Below are positions 37,567 to 49,892 of a stretch of 51,270 nucleotides of DNA, piece by piece (the stretch's first letter is position 1; every line of letters starts with the position of its first letter). The notes beneath the pieces were generated by a model. It worked only from the letters and a program-made list of their open reading frames with translations. It did no database searches and was not told the DNA's origin. The stretch comes from Octopus sinensis (lineage: Eukaryota). The DNA lies in NCBI RefSeq assembly GCF_006345805.1, contig NW_021834593.1, forward strand, positions 1 to 51,270, in the 5' to 3' direction. Position numbers and translations under genes: made by a program.

Positions 37567-38181
37567 TAGGTAAATAGATAGATAGGTAAGTAGATTGGTA
37601 AATAGATTGGTAGGTAAATAGATAGGTAGACAGACAGATAATTATATACACAAAGAGGCAGACAGTTAGTCAGACATAAATAGATAAACATAGACAGAGA
37701 TAAATTTACTGATGGAGAGACCGACGAAAAGACAGACAGATATATGTATACAGAGAGAGAGAGAGAGAGAGAGAGAAGAGAGGGGGAGAGGAAGAGAGAA
37801 AGCCAAATATACAGACACGCAGATAAATAGATGAATAGACAGAAAGGTAGATAATAATTGCTATGAAGAGTAAGATCATATTGGGAAAGGTTTTGAAGAA
37901 TCTTGGAGTATTGTATGGGGTGCTATATTTTTCGACTCAGAATATCTGTATCTGCAACAGTTGCAGAGGTTTACGTTTTAATTTTTGTCATTAAATGGGA
38001 ATTTCCTGGGTTATATATTCCCTTTAATTTGCTATATATATTTCAACACATGATAAACATCTTTAAAATTTAGAATAGACCAGGCCTGGCCAACTCGAAT
38101 GACATTGCAGGCCACTTTAAGCACAGAAAGTTCTCTGAGGGCCGCTTGTATGCTTTATGCACTAATCCTCCTGCTTTTAAA

Positions 38182-39000
38182 TTGTTCCGAAAATAATGGC
38201 CGCTCTAAGTGTTTGTGTTTTGAAACGTAATTTTAGCATAGTATTTACATTTTTTTAAGTGAACTTCGACATACTTAGTAATTGATGTATACTCTTTATT
38301 AATTTTCTACTTATTTCAGACAGAAAAAATTCTTGAAGCATAGGCGCCCTTAATTATGAACATGACAAAAAAGAGCTTCGCTTACTTTTCTTGCATGAGT
38401 TCAGGCTTGGGCACAATATCTCCCAAACTGCCGCTAATATCAATAGAGCATGGGAAGAGGGGTCCGCAAGTGACCACACAGTACGAAAGTGGGTTCAGAA
38501 ATTCCGTAGTGGTGGTGATGAGAGCCTTGAAGATGAAGAAGGTAAAGGACGGTCTTGACAATGAAGAATTGAAAGCAATTGTTGAACAAAACCCACGTCG
38601 AAGTGTCAGAGAAATGTCTCAGGCACTTGGTGTCGGTATTGCAACGGTCTCACGCAATCTGCAGAAGATTGGTAAGGTAAAAAAAGCTACATAAATGGGT
38701 ACCGCATAAGTTCAACAAAAATCAAGAAGTTTGGCATTTTGAAGTGTGTTCGATGCTCTTTCTGCGAAACACCAATGATCCTTTTCTTGGCCGAATAGTC
38801 ACTCGTGACGAAAAGTGGACCCTTTATGATAACCGAAAACGATCAGGTCAATGGCTTGATCGTGATGAGTCCCGGAAACATTTCCCAAAGCCGAAGTTGC
38901 ATCAGCAAAAGATTATAGTAACTGTGTGGCGGTCTGCAATTGGTGTCGTCCATTACAGCTTTCTGGAAGCCAATCAGATTATTACATCAGCGGTATATTA
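38182..39000 (+). pseudogene. Mariner (Tc1/mariner, D,D34D type) transposase pseudogene, 3' truncated
   Basis: LHEFRLGHN..TAANINRAW..TVRKW..KFRSG..SLEDE, HTH region, WVPH, RIVTRDEKWTLYDN, PKPKLH, TVW; frameshifted; TIR-like TTGTTCCGAAAATAATGGC at about 38182. Confidence 0.92.
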
Positions 39001-39486
39001 GCTTCTTTGACTGTCTACAGAGACGCTTTTACTAAGGTAATCAGTAGATCGACTAGAACGATTTGCATATTAGAACGCATTTTTGATGTCCAGTTCTCTA
39101 AATATATTAAATGTATTAACTATGATCTATCTTAATGCTACTCTGTGCTGCACAATCTCATCATCGATTTAAATGTAATAGATAAATGCAATAAGATTTT
39201 GTCACGAGAGAGAGAGAGAGAGGGAGAGAGAGAGAGAGTAAAAGGGCGATTGAAGTCTTAACGTGTTTTATTTTTGAAAACAAATATATCGAAAGGCAGT
39301 AAAAATAAACAGACGAAAACAAACACAGTAATGGCGATAGATGTTGTTGAAGGAGCGGAAAGATCAAAGGCTAAATTGTCCTTGAAGAGAGGTGTGAAAA
39401 TGAAGAAGAGGTAAAGCAAGAGAGTTAGTACGGCAAACGAAAATCTGTAAATAAAGAACATACGCGAGTAGAAGGATCTAGAAGCT

Positions 39487-39531
<45 letters not shown>

Positions 39532-39834
39532 TAATAATAATAGTTTCAGTTTTTGGCTCAATGCCGACGAAAGTCGATTACATCGACCCCAGAGCTTAAT
39601 GGCATTTTGTCCATCTTTTCGTTCTGAGTTAAAATTCCGCCGAGGCCGACTTTGCCTTTCATTTTCGAGGGATCGTTAAAATGAGTACCTGTTGACTACT
39701 GTGGTTAGCTTCTTCTCTGAAATTGCCGGTCTTATGCCAAAAATTTGAAATTAATATTTTAGGTGTGTGTGTGTGAATGTGTGTGTGTATGTGTGTGTGT
39801 GTGTGTGTATGTGTGTGTGTGTGTGTGTGTGTGT

Positions 39835-39859
<25 letters not shown>

Positions 39860-39865
<6 letters not shown>

Positions 39866-40020
39866 AGAAGTTTGCTTCCCAACCAGATTGTTACGGGTTC
39901 AGTGCCGCTGCATGGAACCTTGGGCGAGTGTCTTCTACAATAGCTTCGGGCCGATCAAAGCCTTGAGAGGATTTGGTAAATGGAAACTAAAAAGAGCCCA
40001 TCGTATATATATATATATAT
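39860..40020 (+). mobile_element. SINE family A 5' half
   Basis: GTAAGAAGTTTGCTTCCCAACCA...AGCCCATCG then (TA)n. Confidence 0.8.
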
Positions 40021-40029
40021 ATATATAGC

Positions 40030-41672
40030 ACGCTTGGGAGCCATTGGAGGGGATGAAAACGCAAAGTTTAACAGAAAGAAACAAAAAATATCACACACAG
40101 TACAGCGTAAAGTAGTACAGTAAACCACTCCACGAGAAAGCTTGAAGCAAATTGGCCGCAAGAGAGAGACAAGGGAAGATTCTGCGGATCTGAGCATCGG
40201 TCAAAGCACCAATCACAGACTAGATTACAAAATAGGAAGCTGTTATTCGTCGTCTCGGATCTTTTCACTTTCGTAGCCTGAGGGCAGATTTTTCTAGTTA
40301 AGTAAATAATTTGAAACTTCGTATACTGGTAGAGTGTCTCAAAAGAAAACACTAATTCCAACTTGTTTATTTGAGAAAAATCTATTTTATGAGTTTAAAC
40401 GTAGATTAAATCTGCGAATCTTAACCAATCATATTGTTTGTTTTCATTTGAAATAATTTACTGCTTATCTTAGTGTGACGTAGAAAGCTATTTTGTGACG
40501 TAGACAGCTGTGCGTAGGTCTGTGTTTTGTGTGCGTGTGTGTGTGTTGATGGGGTGTGGGAGACAGAAAGTATGTTGGTAAGTGAAGTACTTCTGTTAGT
40601 GTGTGTGAAGAGACAGAGAGAGTAATGTGTGAAGAGAGAGATAACTGAATTTTTTACTCGGTGTATGTGTATATGTATGTATGCATGTATGTGTGTGTGT
40701 ATGTATCTATGTATGTGTGTGTGTGTGTATGTGTAAGTATGTGTATGTATGTATATATGGCCGATTCAGTGTAATTTTTTACTCGGTGTATGTGTATATG
40801 TATGTCTGCATGTATGTGTGTGTGTATGTATCTATGTATGTGTGTGTAAGTATGTGTGTGTGTATGTATCTATGTGTGTGTGTATGTATGTGTAAGTATG
40901 TATGGATGTATGGCTGATTCAGTGTAATTTTTTACTCGGTGTATGTGTATATGTATGCATGTATGTGTGTATGTATGTATCGTCATAAAATCGCTTCCTC
41001 TTAGTCTCTTTCGCTCTCATTACTTCAAATGTTCCCGCAAGCCCATATGTAAAAAAAATAAAAGTTTTTTACGGAAATCATCGACGGAAAGGTCTACTAG
41101 AGACGAAAGATCGCCAGTTAGTTAATAATATATAAAAAATACACTGAGTAAAAAATTTCAGTTGTGTTTACATTTCACATGTGTGTTTAGTACGTCACCA
41201 AATTGGCGGTTACATCTATTGAGACGGAGTAAATAATATCAAGCCGAAAGACCGAATACTATTGGTTAAAATTCTAATTATTAAACAATGTTAAACTTAG
41301 AAATTACAATTCCGTTTTCATTCTGGTTTACAATTAAGTTTTCTTTTGACACATTCTACCAGTATACGAAGTTTCAAATTGTTTGGTTAAGTAGGAAAAA
41401 TTTGACAAATCAGGCTACGAAAGTGAAAAGATCCGTCGTCTCTCTCCATTGCACCAATCACATCCCGTCTTAAGTTCAAATACCCCGTATATGCTTTTTT
41501 GCTATTTTACGCTTGTTTGTTGTTCCTAATCTAGGAAATAATATTTATTATTAATATTTTAATGGATTTAATAAAAAAACTTTAGATGTTCATATATATA
41601 TATATATATATTTAAAATCCGCGAAGTGGTGAATCCGCGATAGTTGAACCGCGAAGTAGCGCGGGATCACTG
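40030..41672 (-). mobile_element. Tigger/pogo-like DNA transposon 5' end, split by a MITE
   Basis: TIR TA|CAGTGATCCCGCGCTACTTCGCGG at 41672 (minus); MAPKR start near 40045, then truncated. Confidence 0.65.
40257..41434. mobile_element. MITE with GGATCTTTTC termini and 8-bp TSD (Merlin-like)
   Basis: TIR GGATCTTTTCACTTTCGTAGCCTGA / TCAGGCTACGAAAGTGAAAAGATCC; TSD GTCGTCTC at 40249-40256 and 41435-41442. Confidence 0.88.
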
Positions 41673-41688
41673 TAGATATATATATATA

Positions 41689-41735
<47 letters not shown>

Positions 41736-42015
41736 TTATATATATGCACACATTCATATATATGTATTGTGTGTGTGTGTGTTGTTGTGAGTTGTGTGTG
41801 TGCGCGCGTCATTTGTCTGGCTGGGTGTTGTGTGTCTGTGTATTTTTGTGCCTTTGTTTTCTCCCCATTAACTCTTGATAATTAGTGTTGGTGTGTTTAC
41901 TAGGCCTCTCGATGCGTGAAACCTCTGAGCAACTGCCTGCCTGCTCAGTGTACAAATACCATAAGACGGCACTGCTCCTTGTAATTTCAGGTATTTATGT
42001 ATATATGGGTAAGTT

Positions 42016-42675
42016 GTTGGTGGACGTCAGCGATAGGTAGCACACACAAGTTGGAATTTCTCCGTTTTGACGGGGATTTTTCGGATTTGTTTCTCACGGT
42101 GCTCTTGGAAATGATGGAGAGCGACGTTTTAGCAAAAGGTTTTTTCAAAAAATGATGTTTTTTTGTTTCTTAAACCCCACCCTACGCCCTTTCCCTACCC
42201 CCACCCGAACAATTTTGGTCGATTTTTTAAGATTCATTTATTTTTCGTTTGAGTAATAGAAAAAGGTTTTAGAAGAAAAAGATTTCAGGTATCATTGTGA
42301 GAGAAACAAATTCATAATTACGGTGTTGAATTTGGTTTCACTATGGAAAAAGTTAAGGGTGATTTAGTTGTTGTTTTTAGCACATTACACAACCGTCTGA
42401 TTGATACCTTCTTTGTTCCTTTGTTTAATATTTTCTCCCCATTAACACATTTAATTGAGTAATGGAAAAATGTTTTAAAAAACAAATGGCATGTGTATTG
42501 CTAAGAAATTTTTAAATATGGGATTGGAAAAAAAACATCATTTTTCGAAAATTCTTTTGAATAATAAAATATTTCCCATCATTTCCAAGAGCACCGAGGA
42601 AAAAATCCGAAATATCCCCGTCAAAACGGAGAAATTTCCACTTGTGTGTACCACCTTTCGGTGACGTCCGCCAAC
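42016..42675. mobile_element. MITE with about 150-bp imperfect TIRs
   Basis: Left arm GTTGGTGGACGTCA...TTTCTCCGTTTTGACGGGGAT...CGGTGCTCTTGGAAATGATGG is mirrored at 42575-42675. Confidence 0.85.
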
Positions 42676-42705
42676 CTTTTCATATGAGGAAAACCATGTA
42701 GAAAT

Positions 42706-43096
42706 GGGATGGAAGCACTCCGTCGGTTACGACGACGAGGGTTCCGGTTGATCCGAATCAACGGAACAGCCTGCTCGTGAAATTAACGTGTAAGTGGCTG
42801 AGCACTCCACAGACACGTGCACCCTTAACGTAGTTCTCGGGGATATTCAGCGTGAAGACAGAGAGTGACAAGGCCGCCCCCTTGAAATACAGGTACAACA
42901 GAAACCAGGAAGTAGAGTGAGAGAAAGTTGTGGTGAAAGAGTACAGCAGGGATCACCACCATCCCCTGCCGTAGCCTCGTGGAGCTTTAGGTGTTTTTCG
43001 CTCAATAAACACTCACACCGCCCGGTCTGGGAATCGAAACCGCGATCCTATGACCGCGAGTCCGCTGCCCTAACCACTGGGCCATTGCACCTCCAC
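42706..43096 (-). mobile_element. SINE family C, full length (tail type 2), TSD ATGTAGAAAT
   Basis: TSD at 42696-42705 and 43097-43106; tRNA-like head. Confidence 0.92.
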
Positions 43097-43397
43097 ATGT
43101 AGAAATAGCAATCCTCTCATTCACAAATTACAGCATTTATCATTATGTAAGTGTGTAGTTCATAGGAGAGCGCAAGTGGAAACCTTCCGCAGGCGAAGAC
43201 TAGTTCAGTCCTCACTGCCCCAATTCAGGCGTAGTGCACAGGCTAAGGGATGAAAAGCTTGAAGCCCTGAGATTGCTTGCTGACGATACGGAAGGGTTTC
43301 TGGCATTACGATAGATTTGGAAGAGCTTGTAAAACCCCAGGTTATCCTCCTGCAGTTTCAGCGTCGAACAAAGTATCTCCATTGTTTATTTCATGCG

Positions 43398-43587
43398 TAT
43401 GTATGTATGTATGTATGTATGTATGTATGTAGGTAGGTAGGTAGGTAGGTAGGTAGGTAGGTAGTAGGTAGGTGGGATCCAAGAGATGTATTTTTCATTC
43501 TGTTAGAAATAGCACTCAAATACCCTTCAAACCACAGCCTACTATTTAACGTAATAGATAAATAGACAGATAAGCAGATAGATAGAC

Positions 43588-43652
<65 letters not shown>

Positions 43653-43753
43653 TAGATAGTGTGTGTTAGAGAGAGAGAGAGAGAGATAGATAGATAGATA
43701 GATAGATAGATAGTGGTGGTGTTAGAGAGAGAGAGAGAGAGAGATAGATTGAG

Positions 43754-43784
<31 letters not shown>

Positions 43785-43826
43785 GTGGTGTGTTTAGAGA
43801 GAGAGAGAGAGAGAGAGAGAGCGAAG

Positions 43827-43868
<42 letters not shown>

Positions 43869-44011
43869 AATAGATAGTGTGTGTTAGAGAGAGAGAGAGA
43901 AGAGAATAGGGATAGATAGATATATAGATAGATAGATGAGATAGTTTGTGTTGAGAGAGAGAAGAAGAGAGAGAGAGAGATAGATAGATAGATAGATAGA
44001 TAGTGTGTGTT

Positions 44012-44109
<98 letters not shown>

Positions 44110-44200
44110 CAGACAGATAGATAGATACATAGAGCGAGCGAGCGAGAGAGACAGACAGACAGAGAGAGACGGGGTAGAGAGTGAGTGAGTGAGTGAGTGA
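43398..44200. repeat. Compound (TATG)n/(TAGG)n/(GATA)n/(GA)n array
   Basis: Directly visible, with a higher-order GATA-GTGTGTT-GAGA unit repeated. Confidence 0.93.
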
Positions 44201-44664
44201 CAAAGGAGAGTGATACGTTATAGCTAGAAATAGCAACCAAATCTCGATGAAATCTTATTCCACTAAACTTTGACATTACACAAAAGTCATCATCGAGACA
44301 CACAAACACACACAGACACACACAGACACACACACACACACAAAACGCACATTTCTTGGATATCACAGCCATCCCAGCAAAAATTAACAGGTTTACAATC
44401 GTTTCCTTTTACAGAATAGTATATAATACATGCCATCCCAATTCGTTTCGAAGCTATGAATATAAATTTAGCCTAAACATGCTAAAAATGTTTCTTAAAG
44501 GCCGTTTCAGCCAATTATGCCTACGCATGCAAAGTTGGTCCCACTTGGGTTTTACTGTTATGTAATAATAAGTTGTATCTTAACAAATCTGTTATTAATT
44601 GAGCATTACATTTCCGCGAATTATTTTTTTGATGTTTGAGTGAATACATCAATTCTTTATGTGG

Positions 44665-44695
<31 letters not shown>

Positions 44696-44818
44696 TGTAT
44701 GTATGTATGTATGTTATGTATGTATGTATGTATGTATGTATGGATTGATGGATGGATGTATGTATGTATATAAATGTTTTTATATCTTTTTATGTCTGTA
44801 TGTTTGTGTAAATATATA

Positions 44819-45750
44819 CAGAGTACGTAAGATATTTGAGGACATACATTTTTGGGGTGGTGGTTGCATTTTATGCTAACTCTGTATAATCTTTGTTTCA
44901 GAAAATAATAATGGCAGCCTCTCAGTTTATCAACAAATGATGAGGCATGCTCTTATTTTGGTTATGAAGGCTGAGCATAGCGATTTAGAAATATCTCGAA
45001 TTTGCCAGATCTTTCGTCTACAAAGTTTGTAAAGAGCTAGAGACTGAAGATGGAATTTCATCACCAGTATCAAAGCATAAAAAGCATTTTAAATGCTCTG
45101 AAATCATCAGAACACCTGAATTTATCCAGACTATTAATTACTATCCCAGAAAGTCCATGAGATCGATTGCAAAAGAGCCCAATGTATCAGAAAGAACAGT
45201 CAGAAATGTTGTCCCCGAAGACATCACATATAAGTCGTATATGATGAGGAAAGTTCAATATGGCAGAAAAAGCAAAAGAAAATCACTAAATCAGATCTAA
45301 AAGGCTCTTAAACAGACTGAAAAGCCCAGCAGAATATTTGATTTGGTTTTTCTCAAACGAGAAAAACTTCAACCAAGATCAAAAAGTTAACGGAAGAAAT
45401 GACACATGGTTATTTGCAGACCCTTCTGAAGTTCAAAGTTTTATGGATACAAAATTTCCTGCAACTGTCATGGTTTTAGGGATTATCACCAATGAAGGAC
45501 GTGTGATGCCACCTTACTTCTTTCCATAAGGCCTTAGCGTTAACTCTGCCGCCTACATTGAGGTCCTGGAAATAATTGTTAAGCCCTGGATAAACAGTGT
45601 ATACAATGGAAGGCCATATGTGTTTCAGTAAGGCTCTGCACTATCACACATGGCTCTAGTAATACAGGAATGGATGGTTGAAAATTCTCATGATCACATA
45701 ACCCCTAACATTTGGCCTCTTATTCCCCAGATATCAATCCATTGGACTGA
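44819..45750 (+). pseudogene. maT / DD37D-type Tc1-mariner transposase pseudogene
   Basis: WFFSNEKNF..Q..N.RND, VMVLGII..G, Y.EVLE..VKPW, VFQ*G(D)SA.SH...WP..SPDINPLD; after correcting one frameshift, 37 residues separate the second and third catalytic positions. Confidence 0.88.
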
Positions 45751-45814
45751 CATTTGCTCAAGGTACCAGACAGCGAGACTGAAACCGGAATCATGTGGTT
45801 GGGAAGCAAACTTC

Positions 45815-46197
45815 GTGGATGTGTTGTAAGAAGCTTCCTTACCAATCACATGGTTCCGGGTTCAGTCCCACTAAGTGGCACCTTGGGCAATTGTCTTCTA
45901 ATATAGCCTCGAGCCGAGCAAACCTTCTGAGTGGGTGTGGTAGACGGAAACTGAAATAAATTCATCGTGTGTGTGTGTGTTTATACGTTTGTGTGTCTGT
46001 GTTTGTCCCCCCAACATCGCTTGACAACCGATACTGGAGCGTTTACGTCCCCGTCACTTAGCGGTTCGGTAAGAGAGACCGGTAGAATAAGTACTAGGCT
46101 TACAAAGAATAAGTCTTGGGGTAGATTTGCTCGACTAAAAGCGGTGCTCCAGCATGGCCACAGTCAAATGATCGAAACAAGTAAAACTGTAAAGAGT
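45815..46197 (+). mobile_element. SINE family A
   Basis: Near full-length match to the other family A copies. Confidence 0.9.
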
Positions 46198-46207
46198 ATA
46201 TATATAT

Positions 46208-46606
46208 TTACTCTTTTACTCTTTTACTTGTTCAGTCATTTGCTGCGGCCATGCTGGAGCACCGCCTTTAGTCGAGCAAATCGACCCCAGGACTTATTCT
46301 TTGTAAGCCCAGTACTTATTTCTATCGGTCTCTTTTGCCGAACCGCTAAGTGACGGGGACGTAAAACACACCAGCATCGGTTGTCAAGGCAATGCTAGGG
46401 CGACAAACACACACAACACATATACACACATATATATATATATACATATATACGACAGGCTTCTTCAGTTTCCGTCTACCAAATCCACTCACAAGGCATT
46501 GGTCAGCCGGGGGCTATAGCAGAAGACACTTGCCCAAGATGCCACGCAGTGGGACTGAACCCGGAACCATGTGGTTGGTTAGCAAGCTACTTACCACACA
46601 GCCACT
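46208..46606 (-). mobile_element. SINE family A
   Basis: Reverse-complement match to the other family A copies. Confidence 0.92.
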
Positions 46607-46954
46607 TTGTACATAGAGTTAATGTCTTACAGAAATTTGTGGAGTGTTATTCAGTTAAAACTTTAAAATGTAAAATTAAGACAAAAACAAGAGGAAAAAG
46701 AAATGAAGGATGAAAGGAAGGTAGAAAGAGACAAGCTGTTTAAGGAGGATAGGCAACATAAAACAATTTAATTCAATGTAGTAAACGTAACAGAGCTCAA
46801 TATAGCATATATCTAGCTACAACCGTTTTCGTTTACAAAACAGCGGTAACAACTTGACTACGGAGTCCCCTCCACCGACCGCCATCGCGCAACGCAACCA
46901 CAATCGTAGGCTGAAGGCAGAACAAAGAAAACTACAAAAGCAATTCAAATACGT

Positions 46955-47372
46955 TGCGCAGGAGTGACTGTGTGGTAAGTAGCTTGCTAACCAACCACAT
47001 GGTTGCGGGATCAGTCCCACTGCGTGGCATCTTGGGCAAGTGTCTTCTGCTATAGCCCCGGGCCGACCAATGCCTTGTGAGTGGATTTGGTAGACGGAAA
47101 CTGAAAGAAGCTCGTCGTATATATATGTATATATATATATATATGTATGCGTGTGTATGTGTTTGTGTGTCTGTGTTTGTCACCCTAGCATTGCTTGACA
47201 ACCGATGCTGGTGTGTTTACGTCCCCGTCACTTAGCGGTTCGGCAAAAGAGACCGATAGAATAAGTACTGGGCTTACAAAGAATAAGTCCCGGGGTCGAT
47301 TTGCTCGACTAAAAGGCGGTGCTCCAGCATGGCTGCAGTCAAATGACTGAAAACAAGTAAGAGTAAAAGAGA
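46955..47372 (+). mobile_element. SINE family A, full length
   Basis: GCGCAGGAGTGACTGTGTGG head through the AAGAGTAAAAGA tail. Confidence 0.92.
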
Positions 47373-47546
47373 AGAGGATAAGTATATATAATATATATAT
47401 ATATATATAATATATATATATAATATATGCATATATATACATATATGTAGATAGATAGGTATCTACATGATAGATAGGTAGGGATAGGTAGATAGATAGA
47501 TAGATACTAGATATACAGATAGATGATATAGATAGATAGATAGAAG

Positions 47547-47945
47547 ATATGTTTCTTTATTAGCCCACAGGGCTGCAACAGATAGAACAAATTACAAGGA
47601 AAACTTGTCTTCCTTTTGAAGGTTACAAAAGAAAAAAAAAAAAAAAAGGAAGGGGGAGTTTCGATCAAAGGGATCGTAAAAGGAGAGAAAGATGACAAAA
47701 AAAAGGGGGTTAAAAAAAAAAGGGGGGGAATCGGAAAAAAAAATTGATCAAGGGATCGTTATCACAGAAATGTCAAATGAAAGTGTAATGGGAGGACAGG
47801 TGGGTTTAAACCCGTGGAAGAAAAGCCTACGGAAAAGACCACGTAACCTCGGTCAATGAGTCACCTTTTATATTCTTTTTTTTTTTTTTTTTTTTTTTGA
47901 ATAAGCATCTCTGTTTTCGATTTCTGGGTTCATTGGACTATGCTC
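47547..47945 (-). mobile_element. Probable LINE (Tx1/L1-like) 3' UTR inserted in (GATA)n
   Basis: Last codons LSIVQ*, T-rich UTR, terminal CCCTGTGGGCTAATAAAGAAA; GATA repeats on both sides. Confidence 0.5.
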
Positions 47946-48319
47946 AGATAGATAGATATAAATTTATATATATGTGTGTGTGTATTTATGTATCTGCATA
48001 ATATATATATACTTATGTATATGAATATATACATACATATGTACATACATATATATATACTCACACATACAAATACATACATATATAGATATACATAGAC
48101 AAATGTATGTGTGTGTTTATATATTGATATATATATATATGAACATGCACATATATGTACACACATATATATATAAGTTTGTGTGTGTGTGTGTAAGTAT
48201 ATATATATATATATGTATGTATGACCATGTATATGTATGTACATACATAAATATTTTTGTGTGTGTATCTATATATGAGTGTATTTGTGTATGTGTGTGA
48301 ATGTATGTGTAGGTATGCT

Positions 48320-48352
<33 letters not shown>

Positions 48353-48563
48353 GTGTGTGAGTGCGCGTTTGCGTGTGTATGTGCATGTGTGCACGTGTGA
48401 GAGCGTGTACAGGTCGCTGGGAGGCTGATTTTTTTTTTTTTTTTGTTTTTCATTGAAATCTTATGAAATTAGTCCTTTTGATCTTAACCAAATCTTAAAC
48501 TACAAAAAAAGAAGTATGTTGTCTGCGAAAGTTTACGTCTTATCAAGAATCACATGCTACGTA

Positions 48564-48626
48564 CTCCTCCTCCTCCTTCTCTTCCTCCTCCCCCCTCCCT
48601 TCTTCGTTTTGTTGTTGTTGTTGTTG

Positions 48627-48662
<36 letters not shown>

Positions 48663-48729
48663 GTGGTGGTGCTAGAAATTATTATTATTATTACTATTAT
48701 TATTATTATTATTATTACTACTACTGCTA

Positions 48730-48760
<31 letters not shown>

Positions 48761-48773
48761 TATTATTATTATT

Positions 48774-48804
<31 letters not shown>

Positions 48805-48834
48805 TATTAGTATTATTATCATTATTACTACTAC

Positions 48835-48906
<72 letters not shown>

Positions 48907-48908
48907 CT
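48564..48908. repeat. (CCT)n/(GTT)n/(ATT)n microsatellite
   Basis: Directly visible. Confidence 0.96.
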
Positions 48909-49412
48909 TAATTTCTGTTTGTCCATAAAACATTTACTTCGCTTTTTTTTTTATCTCGTTTAATTAGTGTGTAAGAAACAGTAGCGAAAAGCAAACAAGA
49001 AAACAAGCAAAATAAAAAAAATCTATAAAGATATATAATTAAAATAAAAAATTAAAATTTAAAAAATAATAAAATAAAATAAAATAAAATAAAAACTGAA
49101 AAATAACAGCATTTAATGAAAATTAACAACAACAACAACAACAAAAACAAAGGCCATACCAACAGCAACAACATCAAATAGTCTTATAAATTTAACATCT
49201 GACTTTCAGGACGTTTAAACCCATTGGAAGTAAAACGAATATTTTTTTTGCCTTTTAGAAAGTTATTAGCCTCTTTTACAGTCGTGACACGATAGAAGGA
49301 TGAAGGCGGGTAAATGTGTTCCCGTGTGTGTAAAGTTGACTATGCACAATTCTAGATGCAAATATGATGGAGCATTAAATGTTACACGGTCAATTTTGTG
49401 TGTATGTATACA

Positions 49413-49794
49413 CTAGCAGTATCGCCCGGTGTTGCTCGGGTTTGTAAGGGAAATAACTATAAAGCATTTTTAGAGAGTTATAGCCAAAAGATAGCCAAAA
49501 AATGGAAAAAAAATTATGGTAATTTTTTTTTTAGAGTAAAAAAGGTCGAGTTGCGTCCCCTAGACAGTCTGAGGTTTGTGTTTCTGATTCTCGACCCCAT
49601 GTCGAATTTATCGATTTTTTTCAGAACTGGGGAACTATCAAAATTTTCGCTGCGTTAGTTTTGAATTATGACATTGGGCTATGTGTGTGTCAAGTTTCAT
49701 CAGAATCGGTTGAAAGCCGTGGTCAGGGTGAGGGTACAACCTAACAGACACACAGACACACACACAGACAAACTGCCGTTTATATAGAGAGAGA
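49413..49794 (-). mobile_element. Non-autonomous Helitron-like element
   Basis: Minus strand begins A|TC, ends with an imperfect hairpin CCCGAGCAACACCGGG and CTAG|T; internal (CAGA/CA)n. Confidence 0.8.
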
Positions 49795-49892
49795 TAATGT
49801 AAGAGCGCAAGTTTTGATATAGGTCTGACAAAGCGCCGTCCTGTAGCACTTCATCAGACTTAGATATTATATAACTTTCCACGTGGAATTTT

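Noticed and set aside
43020-43096. tRNA gene (also at 12195, 16536, 28340 and 34222)
   Set aside because: A and B boxes are present, but they continue into multi-copy SINE bodies, some with TSDs; no convincing acceptor stem or terminator.
29-48928. Long ORFs rich in YI/HT/MYVC/LSIY/poly-I/L/Y/S
   Set aside because: They are translations of stop-free microsatellites, not genes.
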